From Eledone cirrhosa (lineage: Eukaryota): a DNA stretch of 64,000 nucleotides. The notes under the pieces were generated by a model. That model saw only the letters and a list, made by a program, of their open reading frames with translations, ran no database searches and was not told where the DNA came from. The stretch covers positions 147,436,001 through 147,500,000 of the forward strand of contig OZ024743.1 in the NCBI GenBank assembly GCA_964016885.1, given 5' to 3'. Positions 1 through 12,423 of this stretch are shown here, piece after piece. Both the position numbers and the translations under genes were made by a program. Positions within the stretch are counted from its first letter, which is position 1; each line of letters starts with the position of its first letter.

Positions 1-1118
1 CGGTTCGGACCTCCAGATGGAGAAGAACTTGAGTGAGGTAACGAGCAGGGTGGCCTCTCTCACCCAGAAATGGGCCGAGAGGAGGCTGTCTCTGTAAGGT
101 CGGGCGGAGGTGGCGAATGCGTACATAGCGTCCGTCATCTGCTACCGCCTGACATTCGTACCTTGCCCCCGCCCAACTCTGACCAAAATGGAGCGGCTTC
201 TCTTCCGCTTTTTGTGGAAGGGACGTGCTCCCATGGTCAGACTATCCATTTGCCGTCAACACCCGTTGCGTGAAGAACTAGGCATGCCGTGGCTGATGAT
301 GCGCAAACATGCGCTGAGGCTGCGACATCTCTGGTGCTTCCTTGACGGTGAACAGGTGTGGTCGCCTTTTGCCAGACACGCAGAGCGAGCCAGTCCGAGA
401 TGCGCGCAGACCGACGAAACCGTCCTGCACGCACTCGTTCATTGTCCGAGCATTGCTGACTTGTGGATCTATGTCGAACAGTTGCTATCGCGTGTAGGAC
501 TGATCCGGTTATCGACTGAGTCCATTGTGCAGATGGTCTCACCGTCTTCCTTCGAGGAGGACGGGCAGGCGGTTTTCATCTGCCTGGTGGCAATGGCGAA
601 AGAGATTGTGAGGTGGACAAGCTTGAAAGGGTTAAAGACAGATACTTTCCTCTTCGGCGAATCCCTAATTAACTTTTTCAAGTTTCACTTGAAGAGCAAA
701 ATCAGGGTGGAGATGCATGCTGACTTCTAGCAAGTTTGTTGAAAGGTGGCTGAATGTAGCGAGAATGGTCGGAGTGAACGGAACTGTTCTGAATATACGC
801 CTGTAGTTAGAGAGATGGAAAAATTGAGAGCGGGCGCTTGCCCTGGTGGTCAGGGTGGCCGTGGTCTTTTGTGTGGTTTTCGCCACAAGTAACCCTCGGA
901 GGCCCCCTCCCCCTATTGGGTAATTTTTCATTGTTTCAATTTTCATTTTTATTGTTTATATATATATGTTTCTATGTCCTTTTTTTTCTTTTCTTATATA
1001 AATAATAAAAATCTTTACACGCACAAAACCCACATCGTACCGTCCTGTACCGTCCTGTACCGTCCTGTGCCGTCTGTAATGTTTTTCTTGATGTCAGTCC
1101 TTGTGGCCAATAAAGAAA

Positions 1119-1120
<2 letters not shown>
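1..1120 (+). mobile_element. 3' part of a Tx1/L1-type non-LTR retrotransposon (RT C-terminal region, zf-RVT-like CCHC remnant, 3'UTR)
   Basis: ORF 110-730 reads ..FRFLWKGRAPMV..GMPWL..LRLRHLW and CxxxxET..H....C (RCAQTDETVLHALVHC), with an apparent internal deletion near 375. It ends in AATAAA (1108-1113) and an (ATT)n tail. A homologous fragment lies at 48600-49110. Confidence 0.8.
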
Positions 1121-1158
<38 letters not shown>

Positions 1159-1160
<2 letters not shown>

Positions 1161-3061
1161 CTTGAATCTCAGTCATTGATGTTAGTTAATTGGAAAGTCC
1201 GTTGGAATGAATATCAAGCCACTACCTGCAGCCTCAGATATTCAGGATGTATCGGAGGGTTCTTGCTGTTCCCAGCAAGCATGCCTTTTGAAGCGTTCCA
1301 AAAAGCGCGAAGGGGCCGATTTTCTTTAACCATCCCTGGAAACTTTTGGAGATAGTCCCCAGTGCGCCTATGACAATCGGGATCACTTTGACTTCATGGC
1401 AGTTCCAAATCCTTTTTACCTCCCACTTTAAGTCCTGGTATCGGTTAATTTTCTCCCTCTCATTCTCTTGCACTCTCGTGTCGAATGGGCAGGCCACATC
1501 CACAATCAGACACTTTTTTCTTTGTCCACAACCACCAGGTCAGGTCTATTGTGTTCCAGTTTCTTGTCTGTCTGTATCCTAAAATCCCACAGCAACTTCA
1601 CCTGATCGTTCTCCAGCACCGCCTCTGGCTTATGCTCATACCATTTCTCAGAATGTGGTAAATTGTTTACTTTGCACAGGTGCCAGTGGTCACCCTGCCC
1701 ATCACATCATGTCTCCAGCCCTTATAGTGGGTCTGGGCTAGGTGTTTACACTCGGATACAATGTGAGCCACAGTCTCTTCTCTCCCTCCACAGATCCTGC
1801 ACAGTGGGCTAGCCTCCTCCTTGTAAATATGGTGTTTCAACCACTTCGTTTTGAGGGCCTGCTCCTGCGCAGCCATTAACATTCCTTCTGTAGCCTTTTT
1901 GAGGTCTCCTCTTCTCAACCAGTTCCATGTCTGTGGATCTCTAAATTCAGTTTTCTCAAAGAAGGTACTATGAAGGGATTTTCCCTGAAGGGTGCTCTTT
2001 CTCCTTGATGTTATTTCCTCCTTGGACATCCCCTGGCCTATTGTCCCCTCCTTCAGTACAGTTCTGAGCATTGGCTCCTGACTATCAGTCACGTATTTGT
2101 GTAGGTTGTTTTTCTCCATCTGAACACAGTCCTCTATGCTGATAAGACCTTTTCCACCCTCAGATCTCCTTAGGCAGAGTCTATCGACATCACTCCTCTT
2201 GTGGAACATGTTGTAGATAGTCAATAGCTTCCTAGTCTTCCTATCCATTTCTTTTTGTTCAGCAACATTCCATCTCAGAATTCCCGCACTGTACCTAATA
2301 ATAGACACAGCTCGGGAATTTACTGCGCTTATGGCATTTCTGCTGTTCAGATGTGACTTCAATACGCTCCTTACTCTCCGAATGTATTCAGTTCTTAACA
2401 ATTCCTTCATTTTTTTGTTCTTTATGCCATCAGCCTCCAGAACGCCCAAATACTTGTATCCTTCCTCAGAGTCAATTTCCTTTATCATCTCACCTGTTGG
2501 TATCTGGATTCCGTTACTTCTGCTCAACCTCCACTCCCCATCACAATGACTCCACACTTACTAATACCAAACTGCATACATATATCACTGCTGAAAATAC
2601 GGACAGTGTCAACAAGCACATCCAACTCCTTCTCACTCTTCCCGAAAAGCTTAAGATCGTCCATGAAGAGGAGGTGATTGATGGTAAGCTCTCCCTTTCC
2701 CAACTTGTATCCTGCTCTCACTTTTCGCAGCATAATGGTCAGGGGCATCAGGGCAAGGACAAACAACAGAGGGGACAGGCTATCTCCCTGGAAGATACCT
2801 CTCTTGATCTTCACGCTTCCCTAGGATTCTCCAGTTGATGTCAACTCTGTTTCCCAGGACCTCATACTCCTGCCCAGCAACTGTCTGATGTTATCTGCCA
2901 CCTTGAAGATCTCCAGGCTTTTGGTGATCCAAGAATGAGGCACCATGTCAAATGCCTTTCTGTAGTCTATCCATCCCATGGCAAGACCAGTGTGTCTCCT
3001 CCTGCAATTCCCCATTACCATCTTATCAATAAGTAACTGGTCCTTTGTAGCACGTGACTTC

Positions 3062-3065
<4 letters not shown>
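1159..3065 (-). mobile_element. 5'-truncated R4/Dong-like non-LTR retrotransposon (RT + CCHC finger + restriction-like endonuclease), frameshifted
   Basis: Minus-strand ORFs give [62 protein letters not shown], and the RLE region DVACPFD..EKINRYQDLK..IVIGALG..LQKACLLGT. Flanked on both sides by (ATT)n. Confidence 0.9.
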
Positions 3066-3135
<70 letters not shown>

Positions 3136-3210
3136 TATAAGATCCCTTTAAGGGTGAAAGCAGCGATTCTTTGCTTAAACTTTAATCTATTATTTTAATA
3201 TATATATATA

Positions 3211-3297
<87 letters not shown>

Positions 3298-3381
3298 AGT
3301 ATTTCCGTAGACAAGGTAAAGGAAAGAAGACTGCTGTATGCATTGTACAGAGCTATTTAATTACATAATAAACAACACAAT

Positions 3382-3465
3382 ATAATTATTCCATTACCAA
3401 AGATTTCAAGAAACTGGACGATTCTTACAAAAACGTCCATTTCGTTCATCAGACGAAATAATTAT
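3382..3465 (-). ncRNA. Type I hammerhead ribozyme
   Basis: Reverse strand: ataattatttcgt-CTGATGA-[long stem II gaaatggacg..cgtccagtttc]-GAAA-tc ttt gg-TA-atggaataattat. Stem I is 13 bp (2 G-U); GUA cleavage triplet. Confidence 0.85.
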
Positions 3466-3693
3466 GTTTTGGATATAAATCATTTGAAATAAATCATTTG
3501 GATATAAATCATTTGAAAATGGAAAAGAATGAAACGAAATTTCATTTCTCACTCTTAGTACGGCTGATACCTAAATATAAGTATTTATACGTACATACAT
3601 ATATGTGTACAGACGTACAGTAGTATGTATATATATACATACATGCACACATATATATATATGTACGTATGGGTTTAACGAACATTATTATAA

Positions 3694-3886
3694 TGGTGGT
3701 GACTTGGCAGTATCGGTAGAGTGTTGGACGCTATGCTTTGACGCATTGAGTTACGGCCGTTGCCATTCTGAGTTAAAATCCCGCCGAAGTTAACTTTGCC
3801 TTTCATCCTTACGGGGTCGATAAAATAAAAGTACCAGTAATGTACTGGGTAATTACTGGCTTTGTGCCAATAGTAGAAACAATTAT
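3694..3886 (+). mobile_element. tRNA-derived SINE inserted in the left arm of element A
   Basis: A-box-like TGGCAGTATCGG, B-box-like GAGTTAAAATCC, body ..CATCCTTACGGGGTCGATAAAATAAAAGTACCAG... TSD attattataatg. Absent from the inverted arm (near 4530). Confidence 0.85.
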
Positions 3887-3981
3887 TATAATGTTCGGTT
3901 TGTTTGTAAACAAACAGCCCGAATTACGCCGTACAGTGCTCGGCAACCATCGTCGCCCTTTTGTTCAACACTGACACAGGA

Positions 3982-4024
3982 ACGATGTACTAGTTTCAAG
4001 CTTATTGGCTATCGTCAGCATCGT
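3982..4024 (-). ncRNA. Minimal type I hammerhead ribozyme (family A, left arm)
   Basis: Reverse strand: acgatg-CTGACGA-tagccaataagctt-GAAA-ctag-TA-catcgt. Confidence 0.8.
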
Positions 4025-4399
4025 ATACCATCCTGTCAGATGATTGAACGTTTGAAAGTATATACTTTCCTTATGCATATTAACAGCCTAGCAGCCTAAT
4101 TTGCATAGCGAGTGAGTTAGTCGGCCGGGCGCACCGAAAACGATAAATGGAAAATAATGAAACGAAATTTCATTCTCACTCTTAGTACGTCTGATACCTA
4201 AATATAAGTATTTATACGCACATACATATATGTGTAAAGACGTACAAGAGTATAAATTTGGTTTCATTCTTTTCCATTTATCGTTTTAGGTGCGCCCGGC
4301 CGACTAACTCACTCGAAATGCAAATTATGCTGCTCAGCCGTTAATATGCATAAGGAATATATATACTTTCAAACGTTCAATCATCTGACAGGATGGTAT

Positions 4400-4442
4400 A
4401 CGATGCTGACGATAGCTAATAAGCTTGAAACTAGTACATCGT
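4400..4442 (+). ncRNA. Minimal type I hammerhead ribozyme (family A, right arm)
   Basis: acgatg-CTGACGA-t agct aata agct t-GAAA-ctag-TA-catcgt; 6-bp stem I; palindromic stem III ACTAGT. Confidence 0.85.
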
Positions 4443-4649
4443 TCCTGTGTCAGTGCTGAACAAAAGGGCGACGATGGTTGCCGAGCACTGTACGGCTTAA
4501 TTCGGGCTGTTTGTTTACAAACAAACCGAACATTATAATAAATGTTCGGTAAACCCTTATTTACATATATATATGTGCATGTATGTATATATATATACAT
4601 ACTACTGTACGTATGTGTACATATATGTATGTACGTATACAAACATTAC

Positions 4650-4652
<3 letters not shown>

Positions 4653-4704
<52 letters not shown>

Positions 4705-4733
4705 CATACATATGTATATATATATATACATAC

Positions 4734-4780
<47 letters not shown>

Positions 4781-4781
4781 C

Positions 4782-4838
<57 letters not shown>

Positions 4839-4839
4839 C

Positions 4840-4876
<37 letters not shown>

Positions 4877-4877
4877 C

Positions 4878-4918
<41 letters not shown>

Positions 4919-4956
4919 CATATGTATATATATATATATATATAGATAGATATATG

Positions 4957-4990
<34 letters not shown>

Positions 4991-5044
4991 GATAGATATA
5001 TGTATATATATATATCTATAGATATATGTATATATAGATATATG

Positions 5045-5096
<52 letters not shown>

Positions 5097-5118
5097 TATA
5101 TGTATATATATATATATG

Positions 5119-5164
<46 letters not shown>

Positions 5165-5278
5165 TATGTATATATTTATATATACATATATATGTATATA
5201 TATATATATACATATATATGTATATATATATATATATACATATATATGTATATATATATATATATATACATATATATG

Positions 5279-5309
<31 letters not shown>

Positions 5310-5407
5310 ATATATATATATATATATACATGTATATATATATATATACATGTATATATATATATATATACATGTATATATATATATATACATTTATATA
5401 CATATAT

Positions 5408-5445
<38 letters not shown>

Positions 5446-5533
5446 ATATATATATACATGTATATATATATATATATACATGTATATATATATATACATT
5501 TATATATATATATATACATGTATATATATATAT

Positions 5534-5583
<50 letters not shown>

Positions 5584-5586
5584 GTG

Positions 5587-5648
<62 letters not shown>

Positions 5649-5727
5649 CATATATATATACATATATATATATACATATATATATATACATATATATATT
5701 TATTAAAATAATAGATTTTATTATTAT

Positions 5728-5800
<73 letters not shown>
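4653..5800. repeat. Long compound (TA)n/(TACA)/(CATG) microsatellite
   Basis: About 1.1 kb of TA repeats with interspersed variants; source of the YI-rich pseudo-ORFs. Confidence 0.95.
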
Positions 5801-5801
<1 letters not shown>

Positions 5802-6252
5802 GCAGACTAAAAGTATAAGCCGTGAATTTCGGCTTTCACTCTTAACCAGTATAAAACAACACTTCCTATCCGGACATCTGAATGATCGTGAAACTAATTT
5901 AATATGCTTTAATAAATGATAAAGATTAAAGAAAAGAACAACAAACTATATTATAATGATTATTAACTTAGGAGACAAGTACATAAGCAAGTACTATATT
6001 TCCGTACTGCAGCATGTATCACAATCATTATAAGCCTCCGTGTAAAATATTATTTCTAGTATACTCGACATAATACACACATTGTTAAATAAGTAATCAT
6101 CGTATGAAGGAATGTTATATGTAGGCTATGCGTCATTGAGCTGCATTTAATTGATTGAACTAAGCTAAATATTTATGTTACAGGAACGATTGGGATACTC
6201 CATCCTTATTTCAGTAACAATAAATTTACACAAACTAACATCGCCGACAAAA

Positions 6253-6435
6253 ATAATTGTTTCTATTTTAGGCACAAGGCCAGCAAATACCCAGTACATT
6301 ACTGGTACTTTATTTTATCGACCCCGTAAGGATGAAAGGCAAAGTTAACCTCGGCGGGATTTGAACTCAGATCATAAAGGGACGTAACTCTATGCTTCAA
6401 AGCATGGTGTCCGACTCTCTACCGATAATGACAAC
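6253..6435 (-). mobile_element. tRNA-derived SINE (same family as 3694-3886)
   Basis: Reverse complement of the SINE body (..atcgaccccgtaaggatgaaaggcaaagttaacctcggcgggatttgaactcag..). Confidence 0.85.
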
Positions 6436-8164
6436 ACGAGTTAATGTGGAGATCAGCGTCCTCCAGAATATGTGTCTCAACCTATGGGTCCCAAATTATG
6501 GGTTGTGGAACTGTTCTATATATTTCGGGAACGCAGAAGTCAATATGCATGAAGGCAAACGATTAACCATTTTTTACAATAAGAAAAAAAAAAAAATCAA
6601 AATAACAAATGGTAAATATTTCCCCAAGAAAAATATCAAATGTTACGTTTAATTGTTTGCTTTATTCAAATATTAAAAAGGCGTCGCAGAGGATAGTTGG
6701 TTTGTCAAAATGGGAGGCGATGGTAAAATATTGAAAACGGTTCCAGTACGCAATGGCTTCTCCTATTACATATAGCCGTCATATCTCCCTAGAAACACAT
6801 CCTGCTGTTGCAAAGCAGGAAATATATATTGGATAACGTGGTTCTAAATATCATCTCTGATTAAAAAAATAAGGATTGGTCAAACCTTTCGTTCAAATAT
6901 AAATTACGTCTAAATAACGAAATCAAATGAACGTCGCTGTTAAGGAACTTCAAGCAACTTAATGTAATAGCTACCCTTTCCAGCAAATTCCCTATTATAG
7001 TTATTACTGAATTAACAGCTCAAGCATGGGTGTTTATATATTCACACACACACACGCACAAACTGACACACACACATACACACGCACGCATATAGGCACA
7101 AACACACACACACACAAACACACTGACACATACACACATACATAGAAAAAAATATATACTGTATGTGTGTGTGTGACACACACCGACAACCACGCATGCA
7201 CACACATACATATCATCAGAGACATATTGTATAATGAACCTTCGATTCGATTTTCAAAATAGGGACCAGTTATGCATATTCGACTGGAAAATTGTTTCAT
7301 TACGAATAGAAATTTGATCGCCCAATTTATTTTGTGCTAAAGTTGAAGATCTTATTTTGGCTTTTGTTGCCGTTGGATTGTTCAAGTGAACTCTGCTCAA
7401 ATTGATCTATGAAAAAAATAGCAACAAATAGATCCTAAATTTCGAAGAAAAAGTGATGCGATCTGCGTTGAGAATACTCATTAAATATAGTTTGAAAATT
7501 TGAATAAGTTTCTATCAAAAGAGAAGTGTGTTATTTTGAGCAGAGATCTTCCCTGGGAAGATAAATTGTTTTTTCAGATAGGACTGGGCAAATAAATTCA
7601 AAAATTCAAAAATACAAGGTATCTCTAGTTTTAAGCGTACTTGCTCAGTGCTATCCGAAACACCGATCTTCTCTGTCTCTCTCACTTAGCCCACCCCTTC
7701 TCTCTCTCTCTCTCTCTCTAAAAGGGTTTAAAGCTAGACATCTCCTAATAGTATGGCAATATATTTAACTCTATACAGTAAAATTCTAATTGCTGGATTT
7801 ATTCTTATTAATGCTGGGTTTGCAGCAGTTGTTATCATAAGATAGTTTTTGTGATTGATGTAGTAAATGTTGCTGGTTGTTGTTGTAATTAGACATCTCA
7901 CTGCGGATGATGATCATTTTTTTCTTGTTATTTTTATTATTGTTCTTGCTGCTGCAGTTATAACTCTTCTTCTTGTTCTTGTTATAGTTCAGCTTACTCT
8001 TCAATTTTCAGCAAGTAAGCTGTCATAGGACCTTTGCAGCAAATATTTCTCAACGATGACAAGATGATGAAGATGGAGGAGGAGACGGCAATGAAATACA
8101 TAAGACAAATCTTTAAAATTTACATACATACATACGTATATATATATATAAATAAATACACGCG

Positions 8165-8293
<129 letters not shown>

Positions 8294-8354
8294 GTATATA
8301 TGTATATATAAATATAAATATATATATATATTTATATATAAATATCTCTCTTCC

Positions 8355-8461
<107 letters not shown>

Positions 8462-9316
8462 TTTTTTGCGTGTGTATATGTATGAATGTATGTATTTATA
8501 TTTTCAAGATTTGTTGAAGGCATTTCATTACCGCCTCATCCACCATCAAGAACGTATATATTTATAATATTGAAATAACTTTTCACAAACTTTTAAAATA
8601 AAACAAAAATGAAGACTATAAATGAAACTTCTTCAACGAGGAGCAAAATAAAACATAAATTCCTTCTTTATTTACACTGTTTCTTTTATAAATATTTATT
8701 CATTGAATGCTTTAAATCCTGCTAGTCCTATCTTCTCTTCTTCAAATTCATATTCCAATAAATACTTAACGAAAATTGCCAAATATACATATAATAAAAT
8801 AACATAAACAAAACATAAAAACAAAATATATAAGCCAATCAAAAACACCTGAAACCTAGAAAAGTAAGAATGACAGCAACAACAGAATGACTAGTACAAA
8901 ACATACACAGCAACAGGCATAGATTATGAGTAGTTTGGATAAGGTTACGCCAAAATAAGAGGTGTCTTTTGACGGCAAAGCTGACACCTGTAAAATAATT
9001 ATGTATTATGGAACACAAACCGAGTCACTTGTGTATCTGTGAAATGGGAATATATATTTGTGATGGAGGCTATTTAGACATGCCTCTATATATACTAATT
9101 ATACAAGTATCAGAGTTCTCCTAAACATAATCACATATAGACTGGTATACGAATATGTACTTAGTATTTATTTATCTATAGACAAACACAAATACATACA
9201 CATATATACATGTATATATATGTATATATATGTATATATATATATGTATATATTTATATATGTATATATATATATATATATATGTGTATATATTTATATT
9301 TATGTATTTATATATA

Positions 9317-9366
<50 letters not shown>

Positions 9367-9466
9367 TGCATGTATGTATGAGTTGGAAATGGAATGGAAT
9401 TCCAGTTCTTATATGGGAATATACATACATAGATGACACACACACACACTTATATACATATATAAC

Positions 9467-9522
<56 letters not shown>

Positions 9523-9534
9523 TGTTCATTTATG

Positions 9535-9668
<134 letters not shown>

Positions 9669-10271
9669 CATAAATGAACACGCGTATGTATGTGTGCATG
9701 TGTAAGTTACATGATTGAGAATTTTTCAAGAAACATCACTGTTGAAGAAGAGATGTCAGATCTGGCAGAGAAGGTTTCTAATAATGTGAAACCTTGTTAA
9801 ATAAATTAGTTAGCTTCACTTTAGGTGACATGTATACAAAACAATGGCAATTAATGTGTAATAAAATGTAGATGTCAAATAGAGATGTTGTGATGAGGAA
9901 CTTGTTGTCATGAGACACAACGGTATTTACCTCTCTCTCTCTTCTCTTCCAGCCCACTTCTTTCGCTCTCCTTCATATCTCTCTGTGTCTCTCAGTGATT
10001 GGTCTGAACATTCCATTTGTGTGTGGTGTACGTATATATATATATACATATAAGAACATTATATTTGTATACATACACACACATATACATACATACAAAC
10101 ATACATGTATACATACATAAATACAAACATACATATATACATACATAAATACCAACATACATATATACATACATAAATACAAACATACATACATACTTAG
10201 ATACATACTTACATGCATATATATTTATATATATCTATCTATATACATACATACTTACATGCATATCTATA

Positions 10272-10373
<102 letters not shown>

Positions 10374-10981
10374 CATACATATATATATATATATAGATAT
10401 ATAAAAATTGTCAGCTAATAAATGTTCTAAAATGTGATCGTTTCATCACTTTGTATATATATATATATGTGCATGCGTGTATATGTGTGTATGTGTGCTT
10501 GCATGTTTACATATATGCTTATTTTTATGCACTTATGTACATTCAATATATTTTTGCAGCATTCATATGTATTAAAATATAGTATAATTTCTTATGTATG
10601 TTTATGAATGGATATGTATGTCTGTGTGATCGTGAGTGCGTGTGTAACTGTTTATGTATACATCTAAGTGTATATATATGTAGGATAGAGTGTATCTTAG
10701 AAAATTAAGCAACGTAATCGAGATTTGTATTGGGTTAAAATAAAACATATATTTTGTAAGTATATTTTGTATTTCAATATCATATGTTTGAATATATACA
10801 ACTACGCATAAAACATGTTGGAGGTCACAATGTGAAGTAAGAACATTATATTTCTATTTATTTCACTTGCTACAGACTTCGAGTACATTTAAAATCCTTG
10901 TTTTCATCCTAAAAACTCAAAGAAAAAAGTACGTTCGACTGTCTATATACAAGTGTTGTACTTGTTTGTACTTAATCAAAA

Positions 10982-11042
<61 letters not shown>

Positions 11043-11193
11043 GTATATATATATGTATGTATGTATATATATATATATTAATAAGAGGAATTCCAACTTT
11101 GTCTGATTTACTCGTTTTATTTACAATCCTTTAAAATTTATAATGGTATTATAATGAAATAGTATGATAGAATATTAAATTCTAAGTGTTAAT

Positions 11194-11232
11194 TGAACAA
11201 GTACTTTCATGCTTTCGCAATCTTCAGGTTCA
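11194..11232 (-). ncRNA. Minimal type I hammerhead ribozyme (family B, left arm)
   Basis: Reverse complement of 11289-11327. Confidence 0.8.
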
Positions 11233-11288
11233 TAATATGTGGTGACAGTCAAGTTTAAAATTGTAAACTTGACTGTCACCACATATTA

Positions 11289-11327
11289 TGAACCTGAAGA
11301 TTGCGAAAGCATGAAAGTACTTGTTCA
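11289..11327 (+). ncRNA. Minimal type I hammerhead ribozyme (family B, right arm)
   Basis: tgaac-CTGAAGA-t tgc gaaa gca t-GAAA-gtac-TT-gttca; GNRA-capped stem II; palindromic stem III AGTACT. Confidence 0.8.
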
Positions 11328-11486
11328 ATTAACACTTAGAATTTAATATTCTATCATACTATTTCATTATAATACCATTATAAATTTTAAAGGATTGTAA
11401 ATAAAACGAGTAAATCAGACAAAGTTGGAATTCCTCTTATTAATATAATCTTCTATACACAATCATACAGACCCGTGTATATTTAC

Positions 11487-11572
<86 letters not shown>

Positions 11573-11575
<3 letters not shown>

Positions 11576-11725
11576 AACAAGTAGGACCCCGACGACTGAG
11601 CTCAAGCCGTTTCGACGGCTAATTATTGAGTAAATGAACATTTTTATCCTGGTAAATGAATAGCCGAGTTTCTCAGGGGTAATTCCATATATGGTAAAAG
11701 TGTTTGCACAAGGATTGGTCAAAGT
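11573..11725 (-). mobile_element. pLTR-like fragment with a damaged hammerhead-like fold (family H)
   Basis: Reverse strand: acccc-TGAGAA..cggcta...tagccg tc-GAAA-cggct..agtcg-TC-ggggt. Diverged copy at 39900-40055; flanked by (TA)n. Confidence 0.55.
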
Positions 11726-11782
11726 ATGTATATATATTTATATATATATATAAATATATATTCATATACAAACATGTATACA

Positions 11783-11881
<99 letters not shown>

Positions 11882-11997
11882 ATAATAATAAATTTGAAGA
11901 CTAAAATCGAAAGAAGGCTCGATAAGGATAAATATATATCAAATATATAAGAACCGTAGAGCAAATATTTATTAATCTGTTATTTTAATAAATATAT

Positions 11998-12393
11998 ATA
12001 TAATATAATATAAGATCAAAAGATGGTTAAAAGAGTTCCAAGTATTTTATTATGCGCATTTCAAAAACAAATATCATCATGGGATGATATCTGAGTTCTC
12101 ATCAGATAAAATAGGGATACATGATATGAAGCTTAAAAAATACTTGTGAATAATGAAGTTTTAAATCAACATAAGTTTTAAATCAACATAAGTTTTAAAT
12201 CAACATAAGTTTTAAATCAACATAAGTTTTAAATCAACATTTGTTTTGGAAATGCGCATAATAAAATACTTGGAACTCTTTTAAACATCTTTTGATCTTA
12301 AATTATTTATACTCCAGTCCCACAAATTGTAGAGTGGTACTTATCCGATATTTGCATTGCTGTATTTTGCTACAATAAAACTCACCTCCTACA
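11998..12393. mobile_element. HHR-bearing fold-back element, family C
   Basis: 12009-12071 is inverted at 12240-12300. Five copies of a 17-mer sit at the junction. The 3' end acAATAAAactcacctcctaca(TA)n also occurs at 59134-59288. Confidence 0.75.
12043..12113 (-). ncRNA. Type I hammerhead ribozyme (family C)
   Basis: Reverse strand: tattttat-CTGATGA-gaactcagatatcatc ccat gatgatatttgttttt-GAAA-tgcgca-TA-ataaaata; 8-bp stem I. Confidence 0.85.
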
Positions 12394-12423
12394 TATATAT
12401 ATATATATGTAGGAGGTGAGTTT

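Larger units (their letters stand above)
3518..4640. mobile_element. Non-coding HHR-bearing fold-back element, family A (~430 bp unit; ~1.25 direct units plus one inverted unit)
   Basis: 3518-3625 is repeated directly at 4147-4252. 4254-4640 is the reverse complement of the left arm. One HHR per arm; the right end runs into (TA)n. Confidence 0.8.
11075..11447. mobile_element. Near-perfect ~370 bp palindrome: two head-to-head HHR-bearing pLTR-like arms (family B)
   Basis: Arms 11075-11256 and 11265-11447 are reverse complements around an 8-nt spacer. A single arm recurs at 40383-40572. Confidence 0.85.

Noticed and set aside
4542-5818. Long YI/IY-repeat ORFs here and throughout (also poly-V, -S, -K, -T, -L ORFs)
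   Set aside because: Translations of (TA)n, (TACA)n, (CTA)n and (CTT)n microsatellites; not genes.
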